Below are positions 1 through 9,371 of a DNA stretch of 64,000 nucleotides, in pieces (within the stretch, counting starts at the first letter, position 1; each line of letters starts with the position of its first letter). This DNA is from Phycisphaerales bacterium. GTDB taxonomy: Bacteria; Planctomycetota; Phycisphaerae; Phycisphaerales; UBA1924. A model generated the notes under the pieces. That model ran no database searches. It was not told the DNA's origin and worked only from the letters and a program-made list of their open reading frames with translations. The stretch spans positions 557,835-621,834 of the forward strand of contig JBPOFX010000001.1 in the NCBI GenBank assembly GCA_051252395.1. Direction: 5' to 3'. The translations under genes were made by a program, and so were the position numbers.

Positions 1-276
1 GAGCATGTGGAGGACGACCCCAGTCGCGGCAACTCCTGACGAAAAGCACAAGCCGTGCTTGGCGCCTTCGAGGTTCGCTAGGTTGGCTTCGAGCGCGGCG
101 CGGGTTGGATTTGCTGCGCGTGAGTAGTCGTACTCTCCGATGATTTCGCCTGGTGATTTTTGGACGAAGGTCGAGGTCTGGTAGATCGGTGTCATGATCG
201 CGCCGGTTGATGGGTCAGGCTGTTGACCAGCGTGGACTGCGCGGGTTCCGAACTTATGGGAATCGTTGACATGCAT
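1..276 (-). CDS. Cys/Met-metabolism PLP-dependent enzyme (cystathionine gamma-lyase/gamma-synthase family), N-terminal part only; gene runs off the window start
   Basis: Reverse complement of 1-276 reads MHVNDSHKFGTRAVHAGQQPDPSTGAIMTPIYQTSTFVQKSPGE... with no stop. This is the conserved N-terminal signature of the CGS/CGL/MetC family. A GGAGGAG Shine-Dalgarno lies 7 nt upstream of the ATG at 276. It is absent from the ORF track because there is no stop inside the window. Confidence 0.7.
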   Translation of the reverse strand, partial: MHVNDSHKFGTRAVHAGQQPDPSTGAIMTPIYQTSTFVQKSPGEIIGEYDYSRAANPTRAALEANLANLEGAKHGLCFSSGVAATGVVLHML

Positions 277-321
277 GGGTACTGCTCCTCCGCTCATCTT
301 GCGGGAGTTGATGGGTGGTGG

Positions 322-1767
322 TTAGTTTGAGTGTTTGCTGAGGTGTTCGATGAGGTCGATTTGGGAGACCACGCCGAGGATCTGGTTGGACTCGTAGACG
401 AGCGCAACCTGATCGGCGCCGAACACGCCGTAGAGTTCTTCGACGCGAGCTTTCGGGTGGAGGAGTCCACCGAGTTCATTGGCGATCGCTTTGGCAGCTG
501 AGTCTGTCGAAGCAGATCCAGCTTGGAGAGCTCTGAGGATATCGACTTCGTGGACGATCCCGGTTGGTTTCCCGTTTGAGTCTGTGATCGGGACCTGCGA
601 GATGCCGTTAGTGCGGAGAGTCTCGATGACCTCCCCCACTGTTGCTGAATCGGCTACTGAGATCACTGGCTTTGATCGGTCGATGAGGTCCTCGATGATT
701 CCGAGTCCCTTGTCAGGCTCAAGGAAGCCGTGCATCTTCATCCATTCGTCGGAGAGATATTTGGTGACATAGCGAGTCCCAGAGTCTGGACAGATCGCGA
801 TGACTTTTTTGTCGGGTCCCATCTTCTTCGCGACTTCACACGCGATGTGGACCATGCCTCCCGATGAACCGCCACAGAACAAGCCTTCTTCGCGGACAAG
901 GCGACGGCCTACTGTGAAGCACTCGTAATCGTTGACTTGGTACATCTCGTCGATAACCGTTGGATCGAATGCTCGGCAGACGATGTCCTCTCCGAGCCCT
1001 TCGACCTTGTAGACATAGGGAGTGCTTGGTTTACCGGTATGGAAGATCGAGTAGTGGACCGAACCGAGCGGATCGACTCCGATGATTTTGGTTTTGGCGC
1101 CCATCTTCTTGAAGTAGCGACCGATGCCTGACGCTGTGCCACCGGTGCCTGTGCCGACGACGATCGCGTCGACTTGACCGCCATCGGTTTGCTCGTAGAG
1201 CTCGCGTCCAGTGGAGAGTTCGTGCGCTTCGATGTTCCACTGGGAGTGGTACTGGTCCATGTAAAACGAGTTCGGGGTTTCCTCGGCGACACGCTTGGCT
1301 ACATTGACATAGTGATCGGGAGAATCACCAGGAACATCAGTCGGGGTGATGATGACCTGAGCGCCGTACGCACGGAGCCCATCGATCTTCTCTTGGCTCA
1401 TCTTGTCGGGCATCGTGAAGACCGCTTTGTATCCCTTAGCAGCGGCGGTCATCGCGGCTCCCATCCCGGTGTTCCCTGAGGTGTTCTCGACGATGGTCCC
1501 GCCCGGCTTGAGGAGCCCTTCCTTCTCAGCCATCTCGATGATGTAGCGAGCCATCCGGTCTTTGATTGATCCGGCAGGGTTCATGAACTCGCACTTGGCG
1601 TAGACGCTCGCTCCACTCTGATCAGCAACCTTGTTGAGGCGGATCAATGGGGTGCTCCCGATCGCGTCAAGGATCGAGTCGTAGGTTGGTGCGGTTCGCT
1701 GAGCGGCTGGTGTTTCTTTGGTCATGGTCATGGCAAATGGTAGGAGGATACCCTTCAATGATCGCAA
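322..1767 (-). CDS. cystathionine beta-synthase (PLP-dependent CysK/CBS fold plus C-terminal tandem CBS domains)
   Basis: 481-aa ORF. It has an N-terminal cysteine-synthase-like PLP domain (TPLIRLNKV..., SIKDRMA, GNTG) and a C-terminal CBS pair. The longest ORF starts at TTG 1767; the first ATG gives MTMTKETP at 1731. It sits next to the CGL gene, forming a reverse-transsulfuration pair. Confidence 0.85.
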   Translation of the reverse strand: MRSLKGILLPFAMTMTKETPAAQRTAPTYDSILDAIGSTPLIRLNKVADQSGASVYAKCEFMNPAGSIKDRMARYIIEMAEKEGLLKPGGTIVENTSGNTGMGAAMTAAAKGYKAVFTMPDKMSQEKIDGLRAYGAQVIITPTDVPGDSPDHYVNVAKRVAEETPNSFYMDQYHSQWNIEAHELSTGRELYEQTDGGQVDAIVVGTGTGGTASGIGRYFKKMGAKTKIIGVDPLGSVHYSIFHTGKPSTPYVYKVEGLGEDIVCRAFDPTVIDEMYQVNDYECFTVGRRLVREEGLFCGGSSGGMVHIACEVAKKMGPDKKVIAICPDSGTRYVTKYLSDEWMKMHGFLEPDKGLGIIEDLIDRSKPVISVADSATVGEVIETLRTNGISQVPITDSNGKPTGIVHEVDILRALQAGSASTDSAAKAIANELGGLLHPKARVEELYGVFGADQVALVYESNQILGVVSQIDLIEHLSKHSN

Positions 1768-1807
1768 AAAAGAATCACCAAGATCGATGTGCTAAGATCG
1801 ACCTTCC

Positions 1808-1880
1808 GGCCCCGTAGCTCAGCGGTTAGAGCGCGCGACTCATAATCGTTTGGTCCCCGGTTCGAATCCGGGCGGGGCTA
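1808..1880 (+). tRNA. tRNA-Met/fMet (anticodon CAT)
   Basis: GGCCCCG-TA-GCTCAGCGGTTAGAGC...CTCATAA anticodon loop...GGTTCGAATCC T-arm. Acceptor 7 bp with one G-U; 73 nt. Confidence 0.8.
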
Positions 1881-2009
1881 TTTCAGGCCATTGAATGCAG
1901 TTCCATGATCGCGTATCAAGCGTTCGCAACCCCCTCCACATACCCCTATTGATGACTGCACCTCTAGCTGGACTCTAAGTTTGTCCAGCGTAGAATGCAT
2001 ATCACTCAA

Positions 2010-2081
<72 letters not shown>

Positions 2082-2136
2082 TTATTGGTTGTATCCGATT
2101 CGTGCGTTCGATGCATATATGTGACACACGATCCCT

Positions 2137-4641
2137 CTACTCGTCCTTCTCGCTCAGTAGTTGACTGATAAAGAGCGTATGGATTCTCCGCATTTGATCT
2201 AGCCACGATGAGGGTTCTTTGTACCCGTGCGGCTCGATAGGTGCGAGAGCGAGTTCCCAGTTCTCTTTTTCGAGTTCAATCAATCGCTGACTCAAGCGGA
2301 TGATGTCTTGCGCGACGACATTGTCGTCCTGCATGCCGTGGAGCATAAGGAGGTGCCCTTCGAGTCCCTCGGCATGGTTGATGGGGGACGATCGTTGAAA
2401 GGCTTCAGGGTCAATCTCAGGTGTGTTGAGGATATTGCTTGTGTAGCCGTGGTTGTAGTGCGCCCAGTCGGTTACGGATCGGAGAGCTGCACCCGCTTTG
2501 TAGGTTTCTGTCTCGAGGAACATTGCCATCAGGGTCATGAATCCGCCGTAGGACCCCCCGTAGATACCAACATTTTTACGGTCGGCATTGTGGTTCGTCA
2601 CGACATAGTCGATCGCATCTTGAAAGTCTTCGAGTTCGGGATACCCCATGTTGCGGTAGATCGCGGTGCGCCAGTCTCGGCCGTATCCAGAAGAGGCACG
2701 AAAGTCTGGTGCGATCACAATGAAACCAAGCTGAGTGAGCATGGAGTGGTACATATGTTCGCGGGAGTAGTAGGACCACTGATAGTTGGCGTGCTGGAGA
2801 TAGCCCGCGCCGTGGGAGAAGAGCACGACTGGTCGTGGGCTCTCAAACTGTGTTTCATCGGGGAGATAAAGTCGCGTATAAATCGGGTGGTCAGTGTGTG
2901 TTGATGGGATGGGAACAATCTGGGGTGTTTGAAAGCCGTAGCTCAAGAACTCATCGGTGATTGTGTTGGAGATTCGGATGGGCTCTGAATCTAGTTTCAG
3001 ATCCATCAGGTACAGTTCAGGCGGGGAGTTGATGTTCGAGTACATGAAGAGCAGCTCGGATTCGCTTGGGGAGACTCTGAACGACTCGACGGTCCCACCC
3101 ATGTCCGTGATTGGTGTCAGTTTGCTATCTGCTATATCAAGCCGATCGATTTCCTGGATTCCTGGATGGGTTCGATTCGTTCTCAGATATACCGAGTTCC
3201 CATCGTGTGTGAAAGTTACCGATCTGACCTCATAGTTCCCTTGCGTGCGTTGGGTCACCACTCCGCTCGGTGAGCGTGTGTAAAGGTGGCCGTATCCGGA
3301 CTCTTCGGACAGGTACCAGAGGGTGTCTGTTTTTGGAACAAATCCGAAGGAGTTGAAGCTCCAGCCGATCCATGCTTCATCGCGGAGATGGTGTGCAGTG
3401 AGTGGTGATGGTGTTTCGTTGGTTGTGTCGATCAGCACAATCCAGCGGTCCTTGTTGTCATGTGACAACAGCATCACCGCGGCGGTGGTCCCTGAATCGT
3501 TCCAGCGGACTCCTGAGGAAGAAACCGGACGGGGGAGTTGCTCGGATTCATCAGGCTCGGATGCATCAGTCCCGGGTTCAGCATCGACCTCAGTTTGGGG
3601 TTCAATCTCTGAGTCTGATGTTTTTTCAGTTGATTCCTCGCTCTCAGTTTCTTTGAGCCATGCGAGCGGGTCATCGTGGATCATCGGGAGGTCATCGAGG
3701 GAGAGATCGATGACGAGTTCGTTTTCAAGATCCAACAGCACCAGTTCGATAGCGGTCTCTGTGGCGTGTCCAACTTTGGATCGGACTTTGGTGGATGTGA
3801 CATATCCATCTTCGCTGATGTAGTTAGGCATGGAATCACGCGGATCATCGGCGCGATCTGATGACGCGGTTACGACGAGCATGTGAGTCCCCGACGGGCT
3901 CAGCCAACTCCCCATCGAGCGTTTGCCCTTCCCGAGATAGAACGGGCCGGACACGGCGGTAGGATTGGTGTCTCTCCATAAATCTTTGTCGTCTTCCCGG
4001 AGCTCTTTTCGCTGATCCTCAAGCGTGATGATGTCAAACAGGTCGCGTTGTTGCTGCTGGAGATAGTTGAGTTCAGGATCCTCTTGTTCTTCTTCATTCG
4101 GGTCGTCTTCAAACTTGATATCCGCGGCTTGGTACTCAAGATTCGATTTCAATGATCGGATAAACCACCCTCCATCCTTCCAGAACGCGTATCGGATGTC
4201 GTCTGCGAGGAAAAATGGTGATGACTCTCTTGTTGTCGTCTGCGTCAGTTGAACTGTTGAGCGGTCAGTTTGATTGAACAGGAACAAATCGCCAGCATTG
4301 CTAAGTAAACTCGCTGATCGATCGGTGTTCCAGTCGCCGTTGTTCGTGAAGTATGGGCCGGGGTTTTCGGGAGTGATCTGTGTGGGAGCGGACTCAAGCG
4401 AGTCGATTGAGATGAGGTACTGATCCGAGAAATCACGAGCCATCAGTCCTTCTCGGCGTGATGAAAATCTGATCGCGGTTCCATCAATCAACCATCTCGG
4501 ATTACGAGGCGATCTTGCGATCCAGTCCTGCTCTGCCGTGATCACTTTGAGGGTTGGTGTTGGATGTTGAGCGTCTGATTGTGCGATAGCGGCTGACGCG
4601 AGACATGCGACAAGGATGAACCGAAAGGCTTTGGTATTCAT
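2137..4641 (-). CDS. secreted S9-family serine peptidase (prolyl oligopeptidase / dipeptidyl aminopeptidase type) with N-terminal beta-propeller
   Basis: 834 aa. Signal peptide MNTKAFRFILVACLASAAIAQ. C-terminal alpha/beta-hydrolase with GGSYGG nucleophile elbow and the Asp/His region typical of S9 peptidases. Confidence 0.8.
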   Translation of the reverse strand: MNTKAFRFILVACLASAAIAQSDAQHPTPTLKVITAEQDWIARSPRNPRWLIDGTAIRFSSRREGLMARDFSDQYLISIDSLESAPTQITPENPGPYFTNNGDWNTDRSASLLSNAGDLFLFNQTDRSTVQLTQTTTRESSPFFLADDIRYAFWKDGGWFIRSLKSNLEYQAADIKFEDDPNEEEQEDPELNYLQQQQRDLFDIITLEDQRKELREDDKDLWRDTNPTAVSGPFYLGKGKRSMGSWLSPSGTHMLVVTASSDRADDPRDSMPNYISEDGYVTSTKVRSKVGHATETAIELVLLDLENELVIDLSLDDLPMIHDDPLAWLKETESEESTEKTSDSEIEPQTEVDAEPGTDASEPDESEQLPRPVSSSGVRWNDSGTTAAVMLLSHDNKDRWIVLIDTTNETPSPLTAHHLRDEAWIGWSFNSFGFVPKTDTLWYLSEESGYGHLYTRSPSGVVTQRTQGNYEVRSVTFTHDGNSVYLRTNRTHPGIQEIDRLDIADSKLTPITDMGGTVESFRVSPSESELLFMYSNINSPPELYLMDLKLDSEPIRISNTITDEFLSYGFQTPQIVPIPSTHTDHPIYTRLYLPDETQFESPRPVVLFSHGAGYLQHANYQWSYYSREHMYHSMLTQLGFIVIAPDFRASSGYGRDWRTAIYRNMGYPELEDFQDAIDYVVTNHNADRKNVGIYGGSYGGFMTLMAMFLETETYKAGAALRSVTDWAHYNHGYTSNILNTPEIDPEAFQRSSPINHAEGLEGHLLMLHGMQDDNVVAQDIIRLSQRLIELEKENWELALAPIEPHGYKEPSSWLDQMRRIHTLFISQLLSEKDE

Positions 4642-4718
4642 GAACGCAGTATAGCGTTCACGGAAATCTGCTTCCGTTCAGTTCTTCTGTCCTGAGTGTG
4701 TAGCGATACGCCGAGTCT

Positions 4719-4943
4719 TTACCGACGGTAGGTGATGCGACCCTTGGTCAGATCGTACGGGGAGATCTCGACAGTCACCGTATCGCCTGGGAGGATGCGG
4801 ATGTAGTGCTTGCGCATTTTGCCTGAGATGTAGCCGATGATCTCGGTCTGCTGCTCGTTGGGAAGGCGGACCCTGAACATGGCGTTGGGAAGCGCTTCGA
4901 TTACGATCGCGTCCATGGTAATTTTGTCGTCTTGCTTTGCCAT
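4719..4943 (-). CDS. infA: translation initiation factor IF-1
   Basis: [74 protein letters not shown] is near-consensus IF-1 (S1-like OB fold). The ORF-track ORF (to 5033) carries an unlikely 30-aa N-extension. The start was chosen at the MAKQ ATG. Confidence 0.9.
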   Translation of the reverse strand: MAKQDDKITMDAIVIEALPNAMFRVRLPNEQQTEIIGYISGKMRKHYIRILPGDTVTVEISPYDLTKGRITYRR

Positions 4944-5081
4944 CTTCGAGTGGGTCTCCGTGCCGAGTTCAGTTCCCATACATTTGGGATACAGGGAGTA
5001 GAGGATACGCGTGGTTTCGGTGTCTGGACTCAAAATGACCTTCTGAGCACGAGAATTCCGTTTGATTCTTCCCTGAAGGGT

Positions 5082-6266
5082 TCAATTGAGAGGGTCTGTG
5101 CAGACCAGGCAGACATCATTCACATTTGTCCCGGTAGGGCCGGTCCAAAATATTGCTGAAAGCGATTCCAAGAATGGGAGCGAGTCGTGACTCTGGAGAG
5201 CAATGGTGGCTGCTTCCAGCATCTGGGGATCTCTGAGCATATCCGCACAAACCACGGCTCCGGCGGCTCCTGACGGGCCATCAATGCCGTCACTGGCCAA
5301 TCCGAGGACTATCCAGCCCTTGGCATCATATTCGGCCTTAGAGAGTTCTCGAGCTGTACTCAGCACCAGTTCGAGCATTGGACCCCCAACTCCTGATGCG
5401 GATTGTGTATCGACCGTTGTCTCACCAGCAATTAGATGCGGAGTGTTCCCGCCGAGCTCTAGAAACCGCTCTGCGAGCACTCTGCCTACCTCTGCCGAAG
5501 AGCCACGGACCTGAGCTTGGGTTATTGAAGAACGCATTGATCTGGAATCCATATATCGAGCAGCAGTAGAGAGGAGCGTGCGGTGATCGCCGATGACATG
5601 ATGGGGTACTCTCAACTGTTCGTCATACATTGGACCAGAAGCGATCGTGCTGAGGTCATTACCCAGCACATCTGAAAGGACAATCGCTTCACAGTTCTCG
5701 ATGTTTTTGAAGACACGAGCGAGTCCTCCGGATTTCAGTGTTTCCAACTCCTTGCGTGAGCAATTTAGTGTGCCGATCGTTGCTCCTTGAGCATTCAGTT
5801 TTTGAGTAACGCTGATAACTTGATTGAGAGAAACGCCATCTCGCGGGGAACACAGGTGAGCGGATCCGCCTCCAGAGATGCAGACAATGCAGTGCTCTTC
5901 ATTGGGTATAGATCGAGCGTATTGAACAAGTTGCTGAGTCGCGTCGATGTTTCTCTGTGTTGGGAGCGGATGGTCTGCAGCAAAGAACCGGAGATGCTCA
6001 TTATGTTGATGTGGTATGGTCTCTGCTGGAGCAAGTACAACCCCGCCAGCAAAGCGTGATCCCAGTTGGGTCGCGCACTCGGAGGCCATCGCAACAGAAG
6101 CTTTCCCGAAGGCGAGCACATGGGTCTTGTTTGTGTAGTGATCGAATACGAATTGATCGCGGATCAGCTTTGCAGGGTCGCAAGAGTTGAGGAGTGTCTG
6201 CACATAGTCCTCAGCAATTGCACACAGATTCGAATCGAGCTGATCTCCGAAGCGAATCGAGGTCAT
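5082..6266 (-). CDS. glycerate kinase, MOFRL family (glycerate 2-kinase / hydroxypyruvate reductase-like)
   Basis: 394 aa. AFGKASVAMA motif near the N-terminus and DGIDGP near the C-terminus, as in DUF4147+MOFRL glycerate kinases. Confidence 0.65.
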   Translation of the reverse strand: MTSIRFGDQLDSNLCAIAEDYVQTLLNSCDPAKLIRDQFVFDHYTNKTHVLAFGKASVAMASECATQLGSRFAGGVVLAPAETIPHQHNEHLRFFAADHPLPTQRNIDATQQLVQYARSIPNEEHCIVCISGGGSAHLCSPRDGVSLNQVISVTQKLNAQGATIGTLNCSRKELETLKSGGLARVFKNIENCEAIVLSDVLGNDLSTIASGPMYDEQLRVPHHVIGDHRTLLSTAARYMDSRSMRSSITQAQVRGSSAEVGRVLAERFLELGGNTPHLIAGETTVDTQSASGVGGPMLELVLSTARELSKAEYDAKGWIVLGLASDGIDGPSGAAGAVVCADMLRDPQMLEAATIALQSHDSLPFLESLSAIFWTGPTGTNVNDVCLVCTDPLN

Positions 6267-7462
6267 CGCACTATCGCCGATCGGAGTCTGCTGATTGCTT
6301 CATCGATGGTACTCATCTGTTTGCAGAATGCGAATCGAACAAAGTTCGCTCCGGACTCGGGGTGCTCATAGAACACACTCGGCGGGATCGCCGCGACTCC
6401 CGCATGTTCTGGGAGCCACTTGCACAACTCGATGTCATCCTTGCACCCCAGTCGTTCACTGACGGCGCGATGATCAGCCATGATGAAGAACGCACCCGTT
6501 GGAGCGTGGACATTGAACCCGAGTTCGTCCAGAGCTTCACAGAGGACTTCGCGAGTCTTTGAGTAATGATCACGGATCGCAGCGGCATCATCGCGTGCTT
6601 CATTGAGCAGCGCTGCAGATCCGAGTTGCATAGGGCCGGGGACTGAGAAGGTCAGGAACTGATGCGCGGCCCGGATTCCAGCGGTGAGCTGAGGGGGAGC
6701 GATGGTCCACCCAACTTTCCATCCGGTCAACGAAAATGTCTTCCCGATCGACGACATCACCACAGTACGCTGACGCATCTGGGGGAGCGTCGCGATGGAC
6801 TGGTGCTTCGCTCCGTCGTAGGTGAGCTGCTCGTAGACCTCATCGGAGAACGCGAGGGAATTATGCTGCTGGCAAAGCTCAGCGATCAACTGGAGCTGCT
6901 CAATGCTAAAGACCATTCCGGTCGGATTGTGTGGCGTGTTGATCAAGATGGCGCGTGTTTTGGAGTTGAATGCTGCTCTGAGTTCAGCAGGATCAAACCC
7001 GAATCCGCCTCCTGCACTCTCCATTGGCTTGATCGTCACAAATCTTGGAATCCCACCGGCCATCGCGATTGCTGCTCGATACGAGTCATAATACGGCTCA
7101 AACAGGATTACCTCATCTCCTTGATCCACCAAGCCGAGCAAGGATGCGACGATTGCTTCGGTACATCCGCTCGTGATGGTGACTTCCGAATCAGGATCAC
7201 AAGTGAGCCCATTCATTTCGTTGGACCAAGTTGATACCGCGTTCCTGAGGGCCGGCAATCCGGGAAGGGGTGCGTACTGGTTCATTCCCGACTGGATCCC
7301 CTGGCAGGCCGCGTCCTTGCCGATCTTGGGGCCATCGAAGTCTGGGAACCCTTGCGAAAGGTTCACGGCGTTGTGCGTATTGGCAAGATTGGTCATCTCG
7401 CTAAAGATAGTGGTCCCGAACGGGCGGAATCTGGGGGCGATCTCGTTGCGTGGCTCAGTCAT
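6263..7462 (-). CDS. class I/II PLP aminotransferase (methionine aminotransferase YbdL/MalY-like)
   Basis: 399 aa. SQGFPDFDGP and KTFSLTGWKVGW (Schiff-base lysine region) motifs. The stop overlaps the start of the glycerate kinase gene by 4 nt. Confidence 0.8.
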   Translation of the reverse strand: MTEPRNEIAPRFRPFGTTIFSEMTNLANTHNAVNLSQGFPDFDGPKIGKDAACQGIQSGMNQYAPLPGLPALRNAVSTWSNEMNGLTCDPDSEVTITSGCTEAIVASLLGLVDQGDEVILFEPYYDSYRAAIAMAGGIPRFVTIKPMESAGGGFGFDPAELRAAFNSKTRAILINTPHNPTGMVFSIEQLQLIAELCQQHNSLAFSDEVYEQLTYDGAKHQSIATLPQMRQRTVVMSSIGKTFSLTGWKVGWTIAPPQLTAGIRAAHQFLTFSVPGPMQLGSAALLNEARDDAAAIRDHYSKTREVLCEALDELGFNVHAPTGAFFIMADHRAVSERLGCKDDIELCKWLPEHAGVAAIPPSVFYEHPESGANFVRFAFCKQMSTIDEAISRLRSAIVR

Positions 7463-7647
7463 GTCATCACAATAGATTCAAATCTCGATGCACGACGCCT
7501 ATCGGACGGCTCTGGACAACAGGAGACACGGAGACTATGTCAGCAATCGCGCAGAATCGTCCCTAAATGTGCATTCTGATGCAGAAATGGACGATGCGGA
7601 CTTGACACCAGCAATGTTGAGCCTAGCGTAGTTGCTGAACATTCAGA

Positions 7648-7720
7648 TCCTCCGTAGCTCAATTGGTAGAGCGAGCGGCTGTTAACCGCTAGGTCACTGG
7701 TTCGAGTCCAGTCGGAGGAG
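7648..7720 (+). tRNA. tRNA-Asn (anticodon GTT)
   Basis: TCCTCCG-TA-GCTCAATTGGTAGAGC; anticodon stem AGCGG/CCGCT with loop CTGTTAA; T-loop TTCGAGT; acceptor 3' CGGAGGA. Confidence 0.8.
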
Positions 7721-7727
7721 TTCAAAG

Positions 7728-7759
7728 AAAAACGACCCCCATTTGGTGGTCGTTTTTTT
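7728..7759. terminator. bidirectional rho-independent terminator (A-run, GC hairpin, T-run)
   Basis: AAAAACGACCCCCATTTGGTGGTCGTTTTTTT immediately after tRNA-Asn and 36 nt from the convergent end of the NMO gene. Confidence 0.6.
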
Positions 7760-7794
7760 ATGGACAATTCGTATCGACGCTTCTGGATAGCTGA

Positions 7795-9315
7795 TCAGAT
7801 CGCGGGTTTGGTCGCTTTCTGCGGCTCAGCGTTGATGACGACTGTCATCGGTTTGGGCAACAGATACTCAATAACATCCTTCGCTGAATACGAGGTCGCT
7901 CCAGGCTTGAGGAAGCGAGCGATATCCGCGACATCGTCGCCGGAGGTGATGAGCGGCTTCTCGAGCAATCCATCTTTCTGGATTTGACCGAGTCCAATAT
8001 TGGACATCAAGCCATTGCAGACGCATTTGCGTCCCACAGTGTCCTCCAGGACACCACCCTTTTTGAGATAGTCATCGATTGGTTCCGATGGACAGCGCCA
8101 ACCAACTTTGCCGTTCTCTTTTTTGTAGGCATGTCGAAGGTACCCAAGATCACAGATCCGGGATCGTTCTTCGTAGAGGTCCTGTTCGGACAGGGTCTCT
8201 TCCATCTTGAGTACTTTGAACGGGAATCCTGTCGGAGAAGCGACTGGGTCTGTGAAGACATGCGCCTCGCCTTGTTTGCTGAGTTCGAGGCTCGCTTCAC
8301 GGAGTTCAGAATCGAATCCTGTTTCGTTGCAGAACGCGAATGCGGTCCCGACCTGAACACCGGTAGCACCCATTTCGAGTGCTTCAGCAACGCGTTCTGG
8401 TTCAGCGTATGAACCTGCGAGCCAGAACGGGAGTCCGAGTTTGTTGATCGCTTCGAGATCACAGTCGTCGCGATCGCCGTAGATTGGTTCGCCTTCGATA
8501 CTGAGTTGCATCTTCCCGCGTGGAGGAGCGTTGTGTCCTCCTGCGGTAGGGCCTTCGATAATGAACCCGTTGACTTTCCCGCTTGATTTGCGAGCGAGCA
8601 TGCTCGCGAGCGTCGCTGAGGACACAATCGCGAGGAAGTCTGGACGGATGAGATCTGGGACCTCTCCATCACAGAACGCGACGGGATCAAATCGTGTGCA
8701 GAAATCATCCCCGGCTTCAGCGCCTTGGACATCGATCTTGAGTTCGACGGATTCTTTGCGAGCGAGACGATCGAGGATGCCTGGGATCGCTTTGGGGATT
8801 CCGGCGCCCATCAGGACATAGGAAACTCCTGCGAGCATTGCTCCGAAGATCGAGGGAAGATTCGGTGCTTGGATTTTTTCGAGGTAGTTGATCCCGACCG
8901 GCCCGTTGTGGCCTTCTTTGGCAAGGAAGACCTCGACGAAATTGGAAGCAACCAGAAGTTCCTCGAGTGTTTTCGATGGCTTCATACTCGGAACAGGTTT
9001 GGGCTTGAACGGAGTGTCATTCGCTTTGCCGCCTTCGATGAAGTATCGATCGAGGATGCGTTGTGCGACGCCTGGGATCGGGAAGTGGCTGAGTGCTCTT
9101 CGCATGTGACCCCCCGGGTCACCGACCTGGAGACGACGAGCGAGAATGATGTCGAGAGCAGTGCCGGACACCACACCGAGTTGTCCGGTTCGAGAGACAG
9201 CATTGGCGAGTGTCCAACTGGAGACTCCAGCACCCATGCCGCCTTGAATGATTGTTGGTCTTGTAGGGCTCATCATGTATGGGTATCCTAGCCCGATCTT
9301 GCCCTGTCGCCCCAT
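7795..9315 (-). CDS. FMN-dependent nitronate monooxygenase (NMO / 2-nitropropane dioxygenase)-family oxidoreductase with Cys-rich C-terminal extension
   Basis: 506 aa. PTIIQGGMGAGVSS FMN-binding signature near the N-terminus. The C-terminal ~120 aa carry C-x-n-C pairs (CDLGYL...RCPSEP...KCVCNGL). Confidence 0.65.
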   Translation of the reverse strand: MGRQGKIGLGYPYMMSPTRPTIIQGGMGAGVSSWTLANAVSRTGQLGVVSGTALDIILARRLQVGDPGGHMRRALSHFPIPGVAQRILDRYFIEGGKANDTPFKPKPVPSMKPSKTLEELLVASNFVEVFLAKEGHNGPVGINYLEKIQAPNLPSIFGAMLAGVSYVLMGAGIPKAIPGILDRLARKESVELKIDVQGAEAGDDFCTRFDPVAFCDGEVPDLIRPDFLAIVSSATLASMLARKSSGKVNGFIIEGPTAGGHNAPPRGKMQLSIEGEPIYGDRDDCDLEAINKLGLPFWLAGSYAEPERVAEALEMGATGVQVGTAFAFCNETGFDSELREASLELSKQGEAHVFTDPVASPTGFPFKVLKMEETLSEQDLYEERSRICDLGYLRHAYKKENGKVGWRCPSEPIDDYLKKGGVLEDTVGRKCVCNGLMSNIGLGQIQKDGLLEKPLITSGDDVADIARFLKPGATSYSAKDVIEYLLPKPMTVVINAEPQKATKPAI

Positions 9316-9371
9316 TTTATGGAGATCTGGGAAAGAACTCGGGATTCAATAGGGGATTGATCCCCCACTTC

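Noticed and set aside
294-479. 61-aa minus-strand ORF between the CGL and CBS genes, and the many 60-250-aa ORFs antisense to or nested in large genes (e.g. 479-772, 909-1292, 2227-2904, 8007-8732, 9443-10207, 30303-30965, 31363-32067, 58976-60292)
   Set aside because: These are shadow ORFs in GC-rich DNA. They overlap well-supported genes on the opposite strand or in another frame. They show biased Arg/Ser/Pro composition and no motifs.
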